NCBI GenBank assembly: GCA_965153355.1
Contig: OZ231126.1
Span: 34,968,001-35,032,000 of the forward strand
Direction: 5' to 3'
DNA length: 64,000 nt
Source of the DNA: Flaccisagitta enflata
Lineage: Eukaryota
Shown here: in pieces, positions 14,078 to 28,343 of the stretch
Position numbering within the stretch: the first letter of the stretch is position 1
How the letters are laid out: each line of letters begins with the position of its first letter
The notes under the pieces: model-generated
The model's input: the letters and a program-made list of their open reading frames with translations, nothing else
Told to the model about the DNA's origin: nothing
The model's database searches: none
Made by a program: the position numbers and the translations under genes

Positions 14078-14453
14078 GGCCTAATTTGGTCTGAGTGGCC
14101 AGATTTGGGGTCTGATAGGCCTGAAACATGGTCTGGTAGGTCAAATTTGAGGTCTTAAATCATATGATTATTATCTAAGAGGCCTTGTTTGAGGCTGAGG
14201 GGATGGAAGAACGGATGGACATATGGTCAAATCGTAAAATTTGCCCTATGAGGAATCATGGACCAATAAAGGCGGCTCTCGCCGACTGGAAAAAAGTTGT
14301 AAATGGGAGTCTCTTTTCTCTTCTGTGTGCATTTCATAATGTCTGGTTGACTGCCTGCCTGTTTTTGTCATTTTATCTGTCTCTCTGTATCTCTTTCTCG
14401 GTCTTCCTTTGTCTTTGCATGTGTGTATGTGTGTGTGTGTCTCTGTCTCTCTG

Positions 14454-14526
<73 letters not shown>

Positions 14527-15345
14527 CTCTATGTGTGGGGGGGGAGTGCATCTGCGCTCAGTTTTGTTGAAAATAACACCCATAACTTCTACACAAAAGA
14601 TTTATTTTTGTTTGTTTCTAGTTCTACATTTTATTGATAAATGAACAACTTTCAGTAAGTTGCAAGTAAAATCAGCACAAAAATATATATTGATTATGTT
14701 CATGAGCAAGGATACTGATACAAAACCATCAATACAGCAATATACAAATAAGTGGATAAGATAGGGTTTAAAAAAACAAGGCTGGATACACGGCTACCCT
14801 AGTCGCATGTGGGTGGGCAGGAGCAGTGCTGGAGAGGGTCACCAGGGCATCTGGGCAGGAGCCGTATGCTCAAAAAGTAAAAAGGGGACCAACCGACCGA
14901 CCGACCGACCGACCAACCAACCGACCGACATAGCGGGTTGTAGAGTCGCGTTGCACGCGACTAAAAATGGAAAAATGAATGAAATCTAACAAAAGGAAAG
15001 TGCTATAGGTTTTAGTTAAAGTGTCTGATGTTGACGGTCTCATCAAAAAACTCTCTGCTTATTTACACAATACACAACCAAATGCCATGTCTCTCTGATA
15101 CTTGATGACTGTCTGTCTTCTATCTGCCTCTCTATTCTCTTTTTGATAATTAGGTCGCCATAGCACCTTTATAAGAGCCACTGTTTGGTGGTTGGTTGGT
15201 CGGTCCGTTGGTCGGTTGGTCGGTCAAGCTTGAGTGAAAAATTGCAAAAAATTTTTGAAATCACTTGAAAACTCATCATATGCATCATTCATGTTACTCG
15301 ACATTTCATTCATTATCATATTCATCAAGGATTGGATCTGATATA

Positions 15346-15758
15346 CATGTTATTTATTTGTCAACAAAGTTAGCGACAGTACAACCAAGCATCATACGGT
15401 AAAGAGAAAAATTGGGATAATGAGTAAGTAAAACCAATGCTATTTATTGGTTTGTTTCTGTGAGTGTTAGAGATCTCAGTTTTACTAAGATCGGATTTCC
15501 CGTAAGGTGCAGATTACTGAGAAAATTTCGCTGTCGTTTTGCAAATATTTTGCAAATGGAGTCGTAACCAAAAGATCTACGTAATTCTCGGGTACTTTCC
15601 CAACGATTAAAAGTAAATACCTTTCTTATACAATCATTCAGTGCAACATCAAATCTCATCATTTCACGGCTTGTGTAAGACTTCACTTCACATGCATAGG
15701 TTAATATAGGAAAAAAATTAGTGTACAGTAAATTCAAAAGTACCTTGAGGCTATTCAC
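15346..15758 (-). mobile_element. 3' end of a CR1/L2-group LINE (ORF2 C-terminus and 3' UTR)
   Basis: ORF 15444-15758 PILTYACEV...LNDCIRKVFTFNRWESTREL is typical of post-RT LINE sequence; AATAAA near 15355. Confidence 0.7.
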
Positions 15759-15805
15759 ACGAAATTCTTAAGGTTCTCTTAAGGAATGTGATTTCAAGGA
15801 AGGTA

Positions 15806-16423
15806 CAGTACCTTCCGAGCAAACCCGGCTAAAACTGGAGGATTAATTTTTGTTACTTTAATTTGATTTCCCAAACTTCATTTTTTGTACATAACTTAAT
15901 TAAAAGATACTTAATTCCTTGAACATATTTGGCTGTAAAAAAAAATAACTCGTGAAATCAAAGTGCATGAAGACATCAATATTAAGTGTTCTAACCCAGA
16001 CCATTGGATTTGGCAGAAAATTTTACCTTTCCTAGACTACAAGAACAGCTCAGTCAGATAATTATTTCAGATTTTACAGCTATTTAAAGTTTTCTAGGAC
16101 AATTGTCTAAAAATAATTTAGGACAATTGTCCTTAAAAACTTTAAATGGCCATAAAATCTGAAATAATTGTCTGACTGAGCTGTTCTTGTAGTCTAGGAT
16201 AGGTAAAATTTTCTGCCGAATCCAATGGTCTGGGTAAGAACGCTCAATATTGATGTCTTCCTGCACTTTGGTTTCACCAGTTATGTTTTTTGACCGCCAA
16301 ATATGTTCAAGGAATTAAGTATCTTTTAGTTAAGTTTTTTGCAAAAAATGAAGTTTGGGAAATGAAATTAAAGTAATAAAAATTAATCCTCCAGTTTTAA
16401 CCGGGTTTGCTCGGAAGGTACTG
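15806..16423. mobile_element. Fully palindromic pogo/Tigger-like MITE
   Basis: TA|CAGTACCTTCCGAGCAAACCCGG...CCGGGTTTGCTCGGAAGGTACTG|TA; arms ~295 bp. Confidence 0.9.
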
Positions 16424-16593
16424 TACTTAAGGATGGTCCTACGGCCAAGTATTACTCAAGGAGTATTCTCATGTTGGATCTTTGAGAGATGCTTAAGTAC
16501 CCGCACTTCAAATGACACTTAGAAACTTAAGGGATACTTTCAAGAATCTTAAGGATGGTACTCGATTTTGAATAAGGAAGGATGTTTCTGAGA

Positions 16594-16760
16594 AACAAGG
16601 CCGGATACACGGCCAATACCAGTCGCAGACGGGTGGGCAGGGGCGGAAATGCCTGTTTTCACACTTTCCAACTCGATCACTACGGACCAACCGACCGACG
16701 GACCGACCGACGGACGGACGGACAAAGCCTCTTATAGAGTCGCTAGTCCGCGACTAAAAA
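16594..16760 (-). mobile_element. HINE family F
   Basis: Minus strand: ttttagtcgcggactagcgact...gtctgcgact...ggccgtgtatccggccttgtt. Confidence 0.8.
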
Positions 16761-16952
16761 CTAAAATCTTCATCAATTATGCAATACAGTTTTTTTAATT
16801 GAAAAAAAAAAATCAACATCCCTGTTTTGAAACTAAGCAACTAACATCCGTATGTAAATTTGTTTGTCAATTTATCTTGGTATTTACAAGTTCTTGTGTC
16901 TATGACCATTTCTGTGTCTCTGTTTCCCTTACTCTCATTTCTTTCTGGTGGT

Positions 16953-18486
<1,534 letters not shown>

Positions 18487-18659
18487 GCAGAGTAAAATGC
18501 AAAAGCTATCATCATAAAACTCGGAGTCAATTTGCGTAACATCTTGCCTATTCTATATAGTTACACAGGTCCGAAAAATAGGATCAATGAAAAATATTGT
18601 TTTTTGCAAAAATGCAAAAAAATTAAAAAAGGTTAAAAAATTCATAACGCCAAAATGGT

Positions 18660-20914
18660 CAGGGTCCCCCATTGAGAATATCTCAATTCTGAGGGTTTTT
18701 AAAGAAAAAAAATGTACCAATCCAATTTTTTTACAGAGGAGTCCTAAAAAGGGTGTAGAATCAGAATATGATATTCATTTTGGTCTAAATTGGGCCAAAA
18801 AAATTAGAAACGGTTTTTAGTGCTAAAAACAGCTATTCTTGCTATAAAATCAGTGCTTGCGTGTAAAATTTCAAATTTTTTTTTCTTAGAAACACAAAGT
18901 TCTTGTTGTAATTGATATTTGAGTGAGTTTGTAACATTGCACGATATGCCTAAGGGGCCTAAAAATGGCTTTAAATAGCCCAAAAATGAGGAAATCAGTC
19001 AAATTTCTTAAAATTTCCAAAACCAAGCATTTGAAACAGTGTATTTGAGTAAAAAACATATGAGGTATGAATCTCATCCATCTGCTAGATAAAATAAGCG
19101 CGTTTTAAGCGAAAAAAGCCAAACTGCAATATGCAAATGAGATTAAGTTCAATTTTTCAGAAAATGGCATATGCAGTGTAAAAATGTCATTTTTTATGGC
19201 AGATACAGTTTTTGGTCTTGTTCACCCTTTAATTGGGAGTGACATTCTCTGCAGTCCTCGTGGTTTTGGACCCTCTTGGGTTCTTAAAACATGTTTGGAC
19301 TTTGGTCCTTACCTTTTCCACCATGAACGTGGAATTCAAAATTTAGGCCAAGAAAATCAAAGAGGGCAAGGTGCATATCTGAGGTATATTCTTGCACTGT
19401 TCAAGAAGAAGTACTCCAGCAAAATCAAAGCAACACCAGCAGAACTGCTTGCCCCACTTGATGATTATGCACAGTAAATCTCTGAAATGCAAAAACAAAC
19501 ATGGGCGCACATGATTGAGACCAAATCAATGCTTCCTTCCCAAGATTGCCTCAAACTAAGAGAGCGCAACTTGGCTTTTCAACTGAAAATTTGGATGAAT
19601 GCCACAACGCCATACATGCAGATTCCCGACCCAAAACAGCATGGATGGGAAGAAGTTGAGGGTGAATTTCAATTGAAAGCAGATTCTGATGAAAACAAAA
19701 AGAGGCAACAAACCATTTTTGACCACATCATGAGAAAGTGTGGGTGCAAAAGCAGTCAGTGCCTTTCAAACAGATGCTCATGCAAGAAGATTGGAAGCTT
19801 TTGTTCATCACTTTGTGAGTGTATGAATTGTGAAAACAATGCTAATGCTGAGCACGCAAAAGCCAATGCAGACCCTGCAACTTTGGAATTCCAGCTCACT
19901 GAGGAGGAGGAACAAGATGAGCAGCTCACCAGTGAAAGTAAAAGTGAAGAAGACTGCTCTGACAATGATGATTTGGACCTGGACTCCTAATAAGTGCAGC
20001 TTATGCGCAGTGGATTAGTGCAATATGAGCATGAGCATTGATGCAAAGACGCTTAAAGATGCCAAAAAAAAACAACAACTGACCAGCCAACAGACATAGC
20101 AAAACATTTATGTGCAACATAAAAACTGATGGATATCCTTCACATGAAGCTATTCATTCATTCCAGTTTTAGTCCAAACTGCTCACTTATTTGTAATTGA
20201 TCTGTCTTTGTTACATCATTCTTATAATGCAACACAATGAACAAAATCTTCAACTGTTTTGGAAAAAAGAATTTAGGACAGGCAACTGTATTTATTTCTC
20301 AGCTTTACATTTCTAAGTTATGTATACAAGTTTAGACATGTTATATAAAGCTAGATGGATAGAAAAGGCCTTTTTTAACTTGTTATAGACTGGTTTTTTT
20401 CTTGTGGAAACAAGCCATACTGCTTGTACATGATGAATCATCATGAAAAAACATCAGAATTACCATTAGACAACTCTAGCCGCATCACTTTTTCGCTTAT
20501 AACGCGCCTAATTTTTTTAGCAGATGGATGAAATTCAAACCTGACATGTTTTTTACCCAAATACACTGTTTCAAATGCTTGGTTTTGGAAATTCATTTTT
20601 GGGCCTTTTAAAGCCATTTTTAGGCCCCTTAGGCATACAGTACAATGTTACAAACTCACTCAAATATCAATTACTACAAGAACTTTGTGTTTCTGAAAAA
20701 AAAAATGAAATTCTATACACAAGTACTGATTTTATAGCAAAAATAGCTGTTTTTAGCACTAAAAACCGTTTCTAATTTTTTTGGCCCAAGTTAGACCAAA
20801 ACAAACATGATATTCTGATTCTACACCCTTTTTAGGACCTATCTGTAAAAAAATTGAGGCGGTACATTTTTTGTCTTTTTTTTTTTTTTGAGAAATTCTC
20901 AACGGGGGACCCTA
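18660..20914 (+). mobile_element. Academ-type DNA transposon deletion derivative, ~430-450 bp TIRs
   Basis: 18660-19116 is inverted at 20488-20914 (CAGGGTCCCCC...GGGGGACCCTA) and encloses an XPG/Cys8 coding relic. Confidence 0.75.
19184..19990 (+). pseudogene. Academ transposase C-terminus (XPG H3TH-like motif plus Cys8/CXC zinc finger), one internal stop
   Basis: Two ORF-track ORFs share one frame across TAA 19475-19477; motifs HPLIGSD..SPRGFG, LPS...R...FQ..IW....P.P...GW, CGCKSSQCLSNRCSCKK..FCSSLCECMNCEN. Confidence 0.8.
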
Positions 20915-21350
20915 ACCGAAAACTAATGATTGTAGAGACTTCTGGTTGGCGCCATTTGAAAGAGAAAAATTAGCTCTTTCTTAACTGTGAATATCAAAAA
21001 ATGTATACTCCCAGCCCAAAAAAGGCCCAACTTTCAAAAATTGACCAAAATCCAAAATGGAAAACTTTATTTCTCACCTATTCAAAAAGTCAAAGGATGT
21101 AATTCGACTTTTTTCCAATAATAGGCCCCTCCGAGACCGCTGCCCAAAAAGGGCGTAAAACGAAATAATTTGTTGTTTGCCTTTCAAGCCGAACCCATGA
21201 AACAACCCTTTCTTTAATTCTGCTTTGTATGATGAAATTGTAACCAAAGCTTTTCAAAGACCAAAATGTCCTTTCACTGCGTGTAGAATTGTGGATAAGT
21301 GTTGTGATGCTCTATGAAAAAAAATACCAATTCTAAATTTCCCAATTAAC

Positions 21351-21635
21351 TTTTCATCATGATAGCGCTAATTCTATATCTAAGCCTTTCTAAGGCATCA
21401 ATAATGGCAACAACCGACTGGTAAAGAAGAATAATACCTGAATGGCCAAACAGAACAATATGTAGCCACAAGCGTCCCAGTCAAAAACTGTTTTTCCACC
21501 AGTTTGCAAGCTGATATGGATAACGTATTCGTACATCAAATAGAGACCGAGGGGAGAAGAAATGGAGAGAGTAAGAGACTGAGTTGAACCCCGCAGCATG
21601 ATGTTAGTCGAGGTTGGTGACAGTGCATATCATAC
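21351..21635 (-). pseudogene. ABCA: ABCA exon with the last TM helix, frameshifted: YDMHCHQPRLTSCCGVQLSLLLSPFLLP / LGLYLMYEYVIHISLQTGGKTVFDWDACGYILFCLAIQVLFFF / VVAIIDALERLRYRISAIMMK
   Basis: Acceptor ctactactttatag. FDWDACGYILFCLAIQ resembles the ABCA W...G..L..LA motif before the last helix. Two frameshifts are needed; the 3' end is uncertain (alternative donor at 21437). Confidence 0.7.
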
Positions 21636-21780
21636 CTATAAAGTAGTAGGAAAAACAGTCAGGAATGTTAATCTTTAGAATTTTTGTGATTGTTTTGCAA
21701 TTGCTTTGCCTCTGTTATTTTTTTAATTTATCTTTGTTTCTGTCTCTGTTTCTCTCTCTTTTCTCTCTCTCTTCTCTCCC

Positions 21781-21841
<61 letters not shown>

Positions 21842-21846
<5 letters not shown>

Positions 21847-22064
21847 GTCGCGTGCTACGCGACTCTACACCCCGCTATGTCAGTCCGTCGGTCGTTTGGT
21901 CGGTCGGTCGGTCGGTCGGTCGGTTGGTCGGTCCCCTTTTTACTTTTTCGGCACTTTTAAGTTTTTTGAGCATACGGCTCCTGCCCAGATGCCCTAATGA
22001 GCTTCTCCAGCACTGCTCCTGCCTACCCGCACGCGACTAGGGTAGCCGTGTATCCGGCCTTGTT
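21842..22064 (+). mobile_element. HINE family A, intact reference copy
   Basis: ttttagtcgcgtgctacgcgact...cacgcgactagggtagccgtgtatccggccttgtt. Confidence 0.85.
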
Positions 22065-22772
22065 TTTTTTCTCTCTCTCTCCCTCTTTCTTTTTCTCTTT
22101 AAAGTAGGCACAACGGCTTTCTATTTGTTACGCGAAACGCCCATTAGAAAAATGTAAATACGTAATTTGACAAATATCTTCTTCTCTTGTATAGCCTTGA
22201 AAATATTTAAAGTGTAATAATATACAGAACTAAATTATGATTCTGAAAGACAATTCAAAGGGCTTTCGATTGGTGTCAGCCATTCATGTGTGCGATATAA
22301 AAAAGTTATATAATTCTAATATTCAAATCTTCTTTTGTCAGTTACGGCCCACCGTGAATATGAAAAATTTTGTAAACTAGACCTTTTGATTCGTTTTTTT
22401 TTTGGCTTTCCAACGATGCTTTTGCCATAGTCATAATCCTCCTCTCTCGGCCTCTCTCGAGGTTTGAAGAAGGCTCTATTGTGATCTTTTTCTGCTGTTT
22501 TCTTTGATCATGTTCATTTATAACAAATAGCGATGAAGCATACACAAACAAAACGATTGATTGCGCTTCAGCGTTCAGCTAATACACAATAGATTTTTTT
22601 TGTAGTTGTGGACTAGCAATCGGTAGTAGGCTTTGTCCATTTATTGGACCGTCAGTATGTCTAACATATGAAAACGTGTATTTTAGATGCCGCGCATGTG
22701 CAGCTCCTTGTCAAAGATTAGACAATGGAATGTGGATTGACCCCTCAATGATGCACTTGCTGACATCAGGTA

Positions 22773-23373
22773 CAGTAACTTCCGAGCAAACCCGGCTAAA
22801 ACTGGAGGATTAATTTTTGTAACTTTAAATTCATTTTTTAAACTTTATTTTTTATATTTAACTTAATTAAAACATACTTAATTCCATGAACATAGTTTGC
22901 TGTCAACAAAAATAACTTGTGAAATCAAAGTGCATGAAGACATCACTTTGGAGTTTAACCCAGACCATTGGATTCAGCAGAAAATTTTATCTATCCTGGA
23001 CAACAAGAACAGCTCAATCTGAAAATTATTACAAATTTCATGGCCGTTTAAAGTTTTTAAGGACAATTGTTCTAAATCATTTTAAGACAATTGTCGTTGA
23101 AAACTTAAAATAGCTGTAAAACCTGTACAAATTGTCTGATTGAGCTGTTCTTGTTGTCTAGGATAGGTAAAATTTTCTGCTGAATCTAATGGTCTGGGTT
23201 AGAACACTTCAGAATGTGTTCATAGACTTTGATTTCAAAAGTTATTTTTTTAACAGCCAAATATGTTCAAGGAATAAAGTATCCTTTAATTAAGCTATAT
23301 AAAAAAATGAAATAAAATCAAAGTAACAAAAATTAATCCTCCAGTTTTAGCCGAGTTTGCTCGGAAGGTACTG
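22773..23373. mobile_element. Second copy of the palindromic pogo-like MITE
   Basis: Same TIR as 15806-16423; TA flanks. Confidence 0.9.
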
Positions 23374-23489
23374 TATGCTTTAGCAGGTGCTCAAGTGAGA
23401 ATTTTACCTAGTTTTGTCATATGATTTTGATATATAAGTAGGGAATAGGAGATTCTATTGATCATGCACAGCCAACCACTTCAATGATC

Positions 23490-24292
23490 AGGAAAAAAGT
23501 CGTAGTCAGTCTTCGACTTTTTGACATATTCGAGAGAAATAGGGTTTTCATTTTCTTATTAGGAAGTTTCTGAACTCATTAGGGCGATTGAGGCCTCCAA
23601 TGAAATTAATAGGGTAAGTAAATTTTATAATTCTCTTTCATTTGGCGCCAAGCAGAATTCTGTACGACAAATATTTTTCGCGTTATGATCTTTTAAAGAT
23701 TTATTTACGAAAAATTCAAATCTAATTTTTTTGGATTTTTTTTTATTTCAAGTAGGATCAATAAAGGAGTGTATTTATGTTTGTTTGAGTATGGAACTAC
23801 AAGACAACATGATTATGAGCATAGCTGCTTATCTGTGAGGGTGTTTTGGAGGATTCTAGCTCATTTAGCTCATTTAGCTCAGTTGTTTTTATTTCAAATG
23901 TGATTATTGAATAAATATTCTGATACATGTTTAACCAAGCAGATACAAAAAAACATATCGGTGAGTATCACTGCTCATCTGTGAGGGTGTTTTTAAGCAT
24001 TCTAGCTCACTTAGCTCATTTAGCTCAGTTTTTTTTTAATAGGATAAATAAATGTTTTGATGTGAGCATGTAAATACAAGAAAGCATGTCAGTGAGCAAA
24101 GTTAGTTGTCTGGTTGAGTGATTTTGTGCATTTTAGCTCATCTAGCTCATTTGGCTCAGTCCGTTTTTTCTCTGATTTTTAGTGCAATCAATACATAAAG
24201 TTGCTCTTGATTTGATCTAATAAAAAAAATATTTGCAATGACTAAAGACAAAAGCTTGGTGAAAAGTGACTAATGTTTACGACTTTTTTCCT
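23490..24292. mobile_element. TIR element with three ~130-bp internal repeats
   Basis: AGGAAAAAAGTCGTA / TACGACTTTTTTCCT; repeated tagctcatt blocks; no clear TSD. Confidence 0.5.
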
Positions 24293-25009
24293 CACGGCGA
24301 CAGCCGCCATTACTGGTAGATTTCTGAATAAGCCCTTCCATGATGCACTTGACGACCTGGTGCAGCATACATGATGTCATCATGTGAGAATTTTATCTAT
24401 TTCTGGTATACGCTGAGGCTACTGGAGTAAATAATGGGATGTTCTATTGGTCATTTTAACTTCACCGGTGGATTTGTGAATAGGGCTCTCTTGACGACCT
24501 GCTGCAGCATCCCTGATCTCCATAACAGAGAATCTAACCTAGCTTTGTTAAAAATTGAGGGTGCTAAAGCCAAGAGCTAAACATCTTATTGATAGTTAAC
24601 TTGAAATAGCTTAAAACAGGTGGGAATCACTCATTGAGGATTTGATACTAATTATCACTTTCAAGTGACCATTCCCAGCGCCTTTCCGCTCATGCAAAGT
24701 AACAAAATCAGCTTTTTGTTTTTTTTGTGAGTACATACAATGCATGTGGTAGGTTCCTAGCAATTTTCAAGTACTTTTGACCATTTTCAACCACATTACA
24801 AGGGACCAACTACACAAAACGCAGCTGCCAAAAATCTTGCTAATTTTTCCATTTAAAAAATCATAAAATTAGCAGGGTTAATTTGATTTTTTTGGGCCAA
24901 AAATGTCTGAAACCTCCTGAAACCTCACCCCAGAGACACTTTCGAGTGAATAGGACCTATGAATGATCACTGCCATAGATTTTGAAAAATTAGACCCTAT
25001 ACCTATTTA

Positions 25010-27285
25010 AAGACATTATTGAGGAATTTACCTGTAACATTGGAATGGAAATGGGGCTCAGTAAATATGAAGTAATCCACATACAGAAAGGAAAATATGC
25101 AAACTTTGGCAGTATTACGCTTAAGTCTGGAGGAGTTATTCAGGAGCTAGGTGAAGAAGAAGTCTATTTACACTTAGGAATTGAGGATCGGTTAGGATTA
25201 GTCATAACAAAGTAAAAGAGAAGGTTTGGGAAAAGTTATAGCTTTGAAAACTTCTGGAAATTGAGCTTTGCAGTGAAAATCTTTTTTTGGCGATATATGA
25301 ATGCATTCCATCATATCTTACTCATTTGGAGATGTGAATTGGCTTGAAGCTGAGCTCAAACAACTAGACATCATTATTAAAAAAATTTTGCATATGGATG
25401 AAGCGATGCACATTAAGAACGATGTAGACAGATTATATGGGCCATGGGGCATTTGCTCGGCAATTAAAGCAAGTAGGTTCAGCTATAAGGGAGTCGTTTG
25501 GTTGGATGAATAGCTGTTTCCGTGATCCATTCTCTGAAGCGTGCGTGATGGCAGCCCAAGAGATGGCGCTATTCACCAAATATCACAAGAGAAATATCCT
25601 GCATGTAAGTAACGATGCCACCTACAGAGTATGTAAGAAAGACGCTTGTGACGAAACTATCTACCACATACTTGCAGGATGTGACAGCCTTGCCAAAAAG
25701 GAATATTCTACCCGCCATGATGCTATGTGCAAGTACCTTCACTTTGAAATAAGTAAGGCCTACAACCTATCGTGCGAAAAAAAACTGGTATCTGCAAGAA
25801 CCAAAGGACATTATTGTGGACAAGAATGTTGATAATCTCTATGACCAAGTGTTGCAAACCGACCTTGAAGTAAGAGCAAATCGATCGGACCTTGTCATCG
25901 AAGACAAACATGCGAAGAGGACCTACCTTATAGATGTATCATGCCGTTCCGACCTTAATATCCACAAGGCTGGGGCCACAAAATTGCTAAGTACAGGGGT
26001 TTGCGGGGGAAATTGCAAAAATGTGGGGATTCGAATGCTTGACTGTGCCTATTATAACACCCCTCTCAAAATTAAACGAACTGGGAAAGTGACCAAAATT
26101 TAGAGTAACAAGGCCAAAAGATGTCCAATAGATGCGTCCTCTTTAGACGAGACAAATAGGAGCCATGAGAGAGAAAAAGAGGCAAAAAAGACAAAAGAGA
26201 CAAAGGAGACAAAAGAAACAAAAGAGACAAAAGAGACAAAAGAGACAAAAGAGACAAAAGAGACAAAAGAGACAAAAGAGACAAAAGAGACAAAAGAGAC
26301 ATTAGAAATAAAAGAGACATGGAGAGACATAAAGAGAAAACCGTAAAAATCGTGTTTTGAAAATTTCTTGCGACGGACTTAGGTAGGTAGGTAGGTAGGT
26401 AGGGACACACCCTCTTATAGAAATGCGAGGACGCTGACATTTACCACAGAGATAGCTCAAACATAGTATTTTCGCAAACGGAGGTCAAATAGAGCATTCG
26501 CACTAGTGTGTGACCCTGGTTGTGTGCTATGTCAAAAAGAGGGTGGAAGATTTTGACTGATTTTTACAAGAAATGTTTTTACGAGGAGACAGAATAAACT
26601 TTCTCATTTTTTCCCAAATGAGTGAGGAAAAAACTTATTCCCGTATTGTTATATAACTACCAAGCAACAATGACTTATAGAGAAAAAGAAACTTCAGCAC
26701 AACGTGACTGAATCCCTTAAGAAATAGGTTGGTTTCACCAGTCAATTTGGAACTTCCATCAAAACAAGGCCAAGTAGGCCAATAAGGTGCGACAAATACA
26801 TTGTCAAACGAATGCGTTACCCAACCAACAGACCGACCAACAAACCAACCGACGGACACACCCAGTTATAGAGGTGCTTTGTCGCACCTAAAAACAGTAC
26901 CACGTTATCAACCGAAAGAAGAGATTAGGAGCCATTGGTTGACATTCTTTGGACAATTTTTGTAAAACCCTGCTGGAATTTACCTTAACGCTCAGACTCT
27001 TCTTAAGTAATTTATTAAGCAATTACATACTTGCTCTGATCCCAGTACGGCTAATTTTGAGAGGGGTGTTAATTGGTGGATGGGTGCAATAATCAGGTGC
27101 TTGAAAGATTATCTCACCTTAATACCTGAAGATGTTAAACCTACCATATGCCAGTAAATCACTCTATTGGTTACAAAGAAGATATCAATGGACGTCCTCT
27201 CAAGAAAACGCTAATGTTAAGGCTTTCCCATAGGGGTAGGCAGCCCCTTGGATCGCGACTAAAGAAAATCCAGCAAATAAGTTGC
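25010..27285 (+). mobile_element. R4/Dong-clade non-LTR retrotransposon relic (RT C-terminus, CCHC knuckle, restriction-like endonuclease)
   Basis: IGMEMGLSK; SYSFGDVNW..EL..LD; AAQE..L; RVCKK..ETIYHILAGC..LA..EY..RHD; NRSDLVI..LIDVS; VPII|IGG; Q*ITLL.TKKI. Many stops and frameshifts. Confidence 0.85.
26057..27069. mobile_element. TA-flanked TIR element inside the R4 relic, containing HINE C (26106-26435) and HINE D (26763-26894)
   Basis: TA|ACACCCCTCTCAAAATTA...TAATTTTGAGAGGGGTGT|TA; R4 coding sequence resumes after it. Confidence 0.8.
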
Positions 27286-27297
27286 GCTCTCTCTGTC

Positions 27298-27407
<110 letters not shown>

Positions 27408-27651
27408 TGTCTCAGGCAAAATTTAGAAAGAAGCGGGATTGTTTGTTTTTTTCCGTGACAAAATTTATAGTCGTGAACACGCGACTCTATAACCTGCTAT
27501 GTCGGTCGGTCGGTCGGATGGTCAGACGGTCAAATGCATGGTAACTCTTTCCTTTTTTGGTGGTTATGGGCGTTTTTTTGGACTACCGCTCCTGCCCTAA
27601 TGCTTGGTTATCACTGCCCACCCTCACGCGATTTTAGTAGCCATATACCTA

Positions 27652-28271
27652 CAGTGGTACCTCGGTTTAAGGGATTTCTAGGGACTAACTATTTTTGTCT
27701 CTTAAATCCAAAATCCCTTAAATCAAATTCATCGTTATTGAGGATTTTTATGTTATTTACTTAGGATTACCAAATTCATGGTGTAACCACATCCTTTTGC
27801 TTTAAGTATATTCATCAACAATGACTAATTTAGTTCATGGCAGGAAATATTTCATCATTTTCTGTTAATTTTTTTCTTAAACATAATCTAAAAATCTAAA
27901 TTATCATGTAGTTAATTTACCTCAAATTTCCCCTGATATAAGGGATATTTTCAAAAACTTGTCTCTTTAATCCAAATATCCCTTAAAGAGAAGTTCTTTG
28001 AATAGAGGTTTCTTAACATTGGAAATGCTTGAAATAAGGTGGGATACATGGCAAACCAGTCACGGATGGCTGGGCAGGAGCAATAATGCAAAAACCGCTC
28101 GGAATTCAAAAATGTGACCTACCGACCTACCAACATACCAACCGACCTACCAACCAACACAGCAAGTTCTAGAGTCGCGTGTCTGCGACTTAAAATGCAG
28201 GACCAGACAGTGTGGTCTCTTAAATGCAGATATCCCTTAAATGTAGGTGCCACTAAGGTGGGATTCCATTG
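27652..28271. mobile_element. pogo-like MITE inserted in a HINE (27463-28283) and containing a HINE (28034-28195)
   Basis: TA|CAGTGGTACC...GGATTCCATTG|TA; an inverted relative lies at 57524-58002. Confidence 0.8.
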
Positions 28272-28343
28272 TACCGCCTTGTTAGTTCTGTAACCCCGGG
28301 TAGATCGCTACGGCATGTCTCCACCAATAATCTGAGAACTTAC

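Noticed and set aside
13503-14084. 193-aa ORF with RPERADF heptads (also 44790-45164, 51028-51270, 62057-62420)
   Set aside because: Open frames through 20-21 bp arrays of family B elements.
19487-19990. Host Tesmin/TSO1-like CXC gene
   Set aside because: Lies between long TIRs and is in frame with an XPG-like motif across a stop; better explained as an Academ relic.
22320-22620. Minus-strand basic peptide (KPRERPREEDYDYGKSIVGKPKKKRIKR)
   Set aside because: Short, bounded by stops, no convincing splice sites or recognisable family.
27028-27126. Minus-strand AG/GT-bounded candidate exon
   Set aside because: Stops in all frames from the strong acceptor; the sequence is a MITE TIR plus antisense R4.
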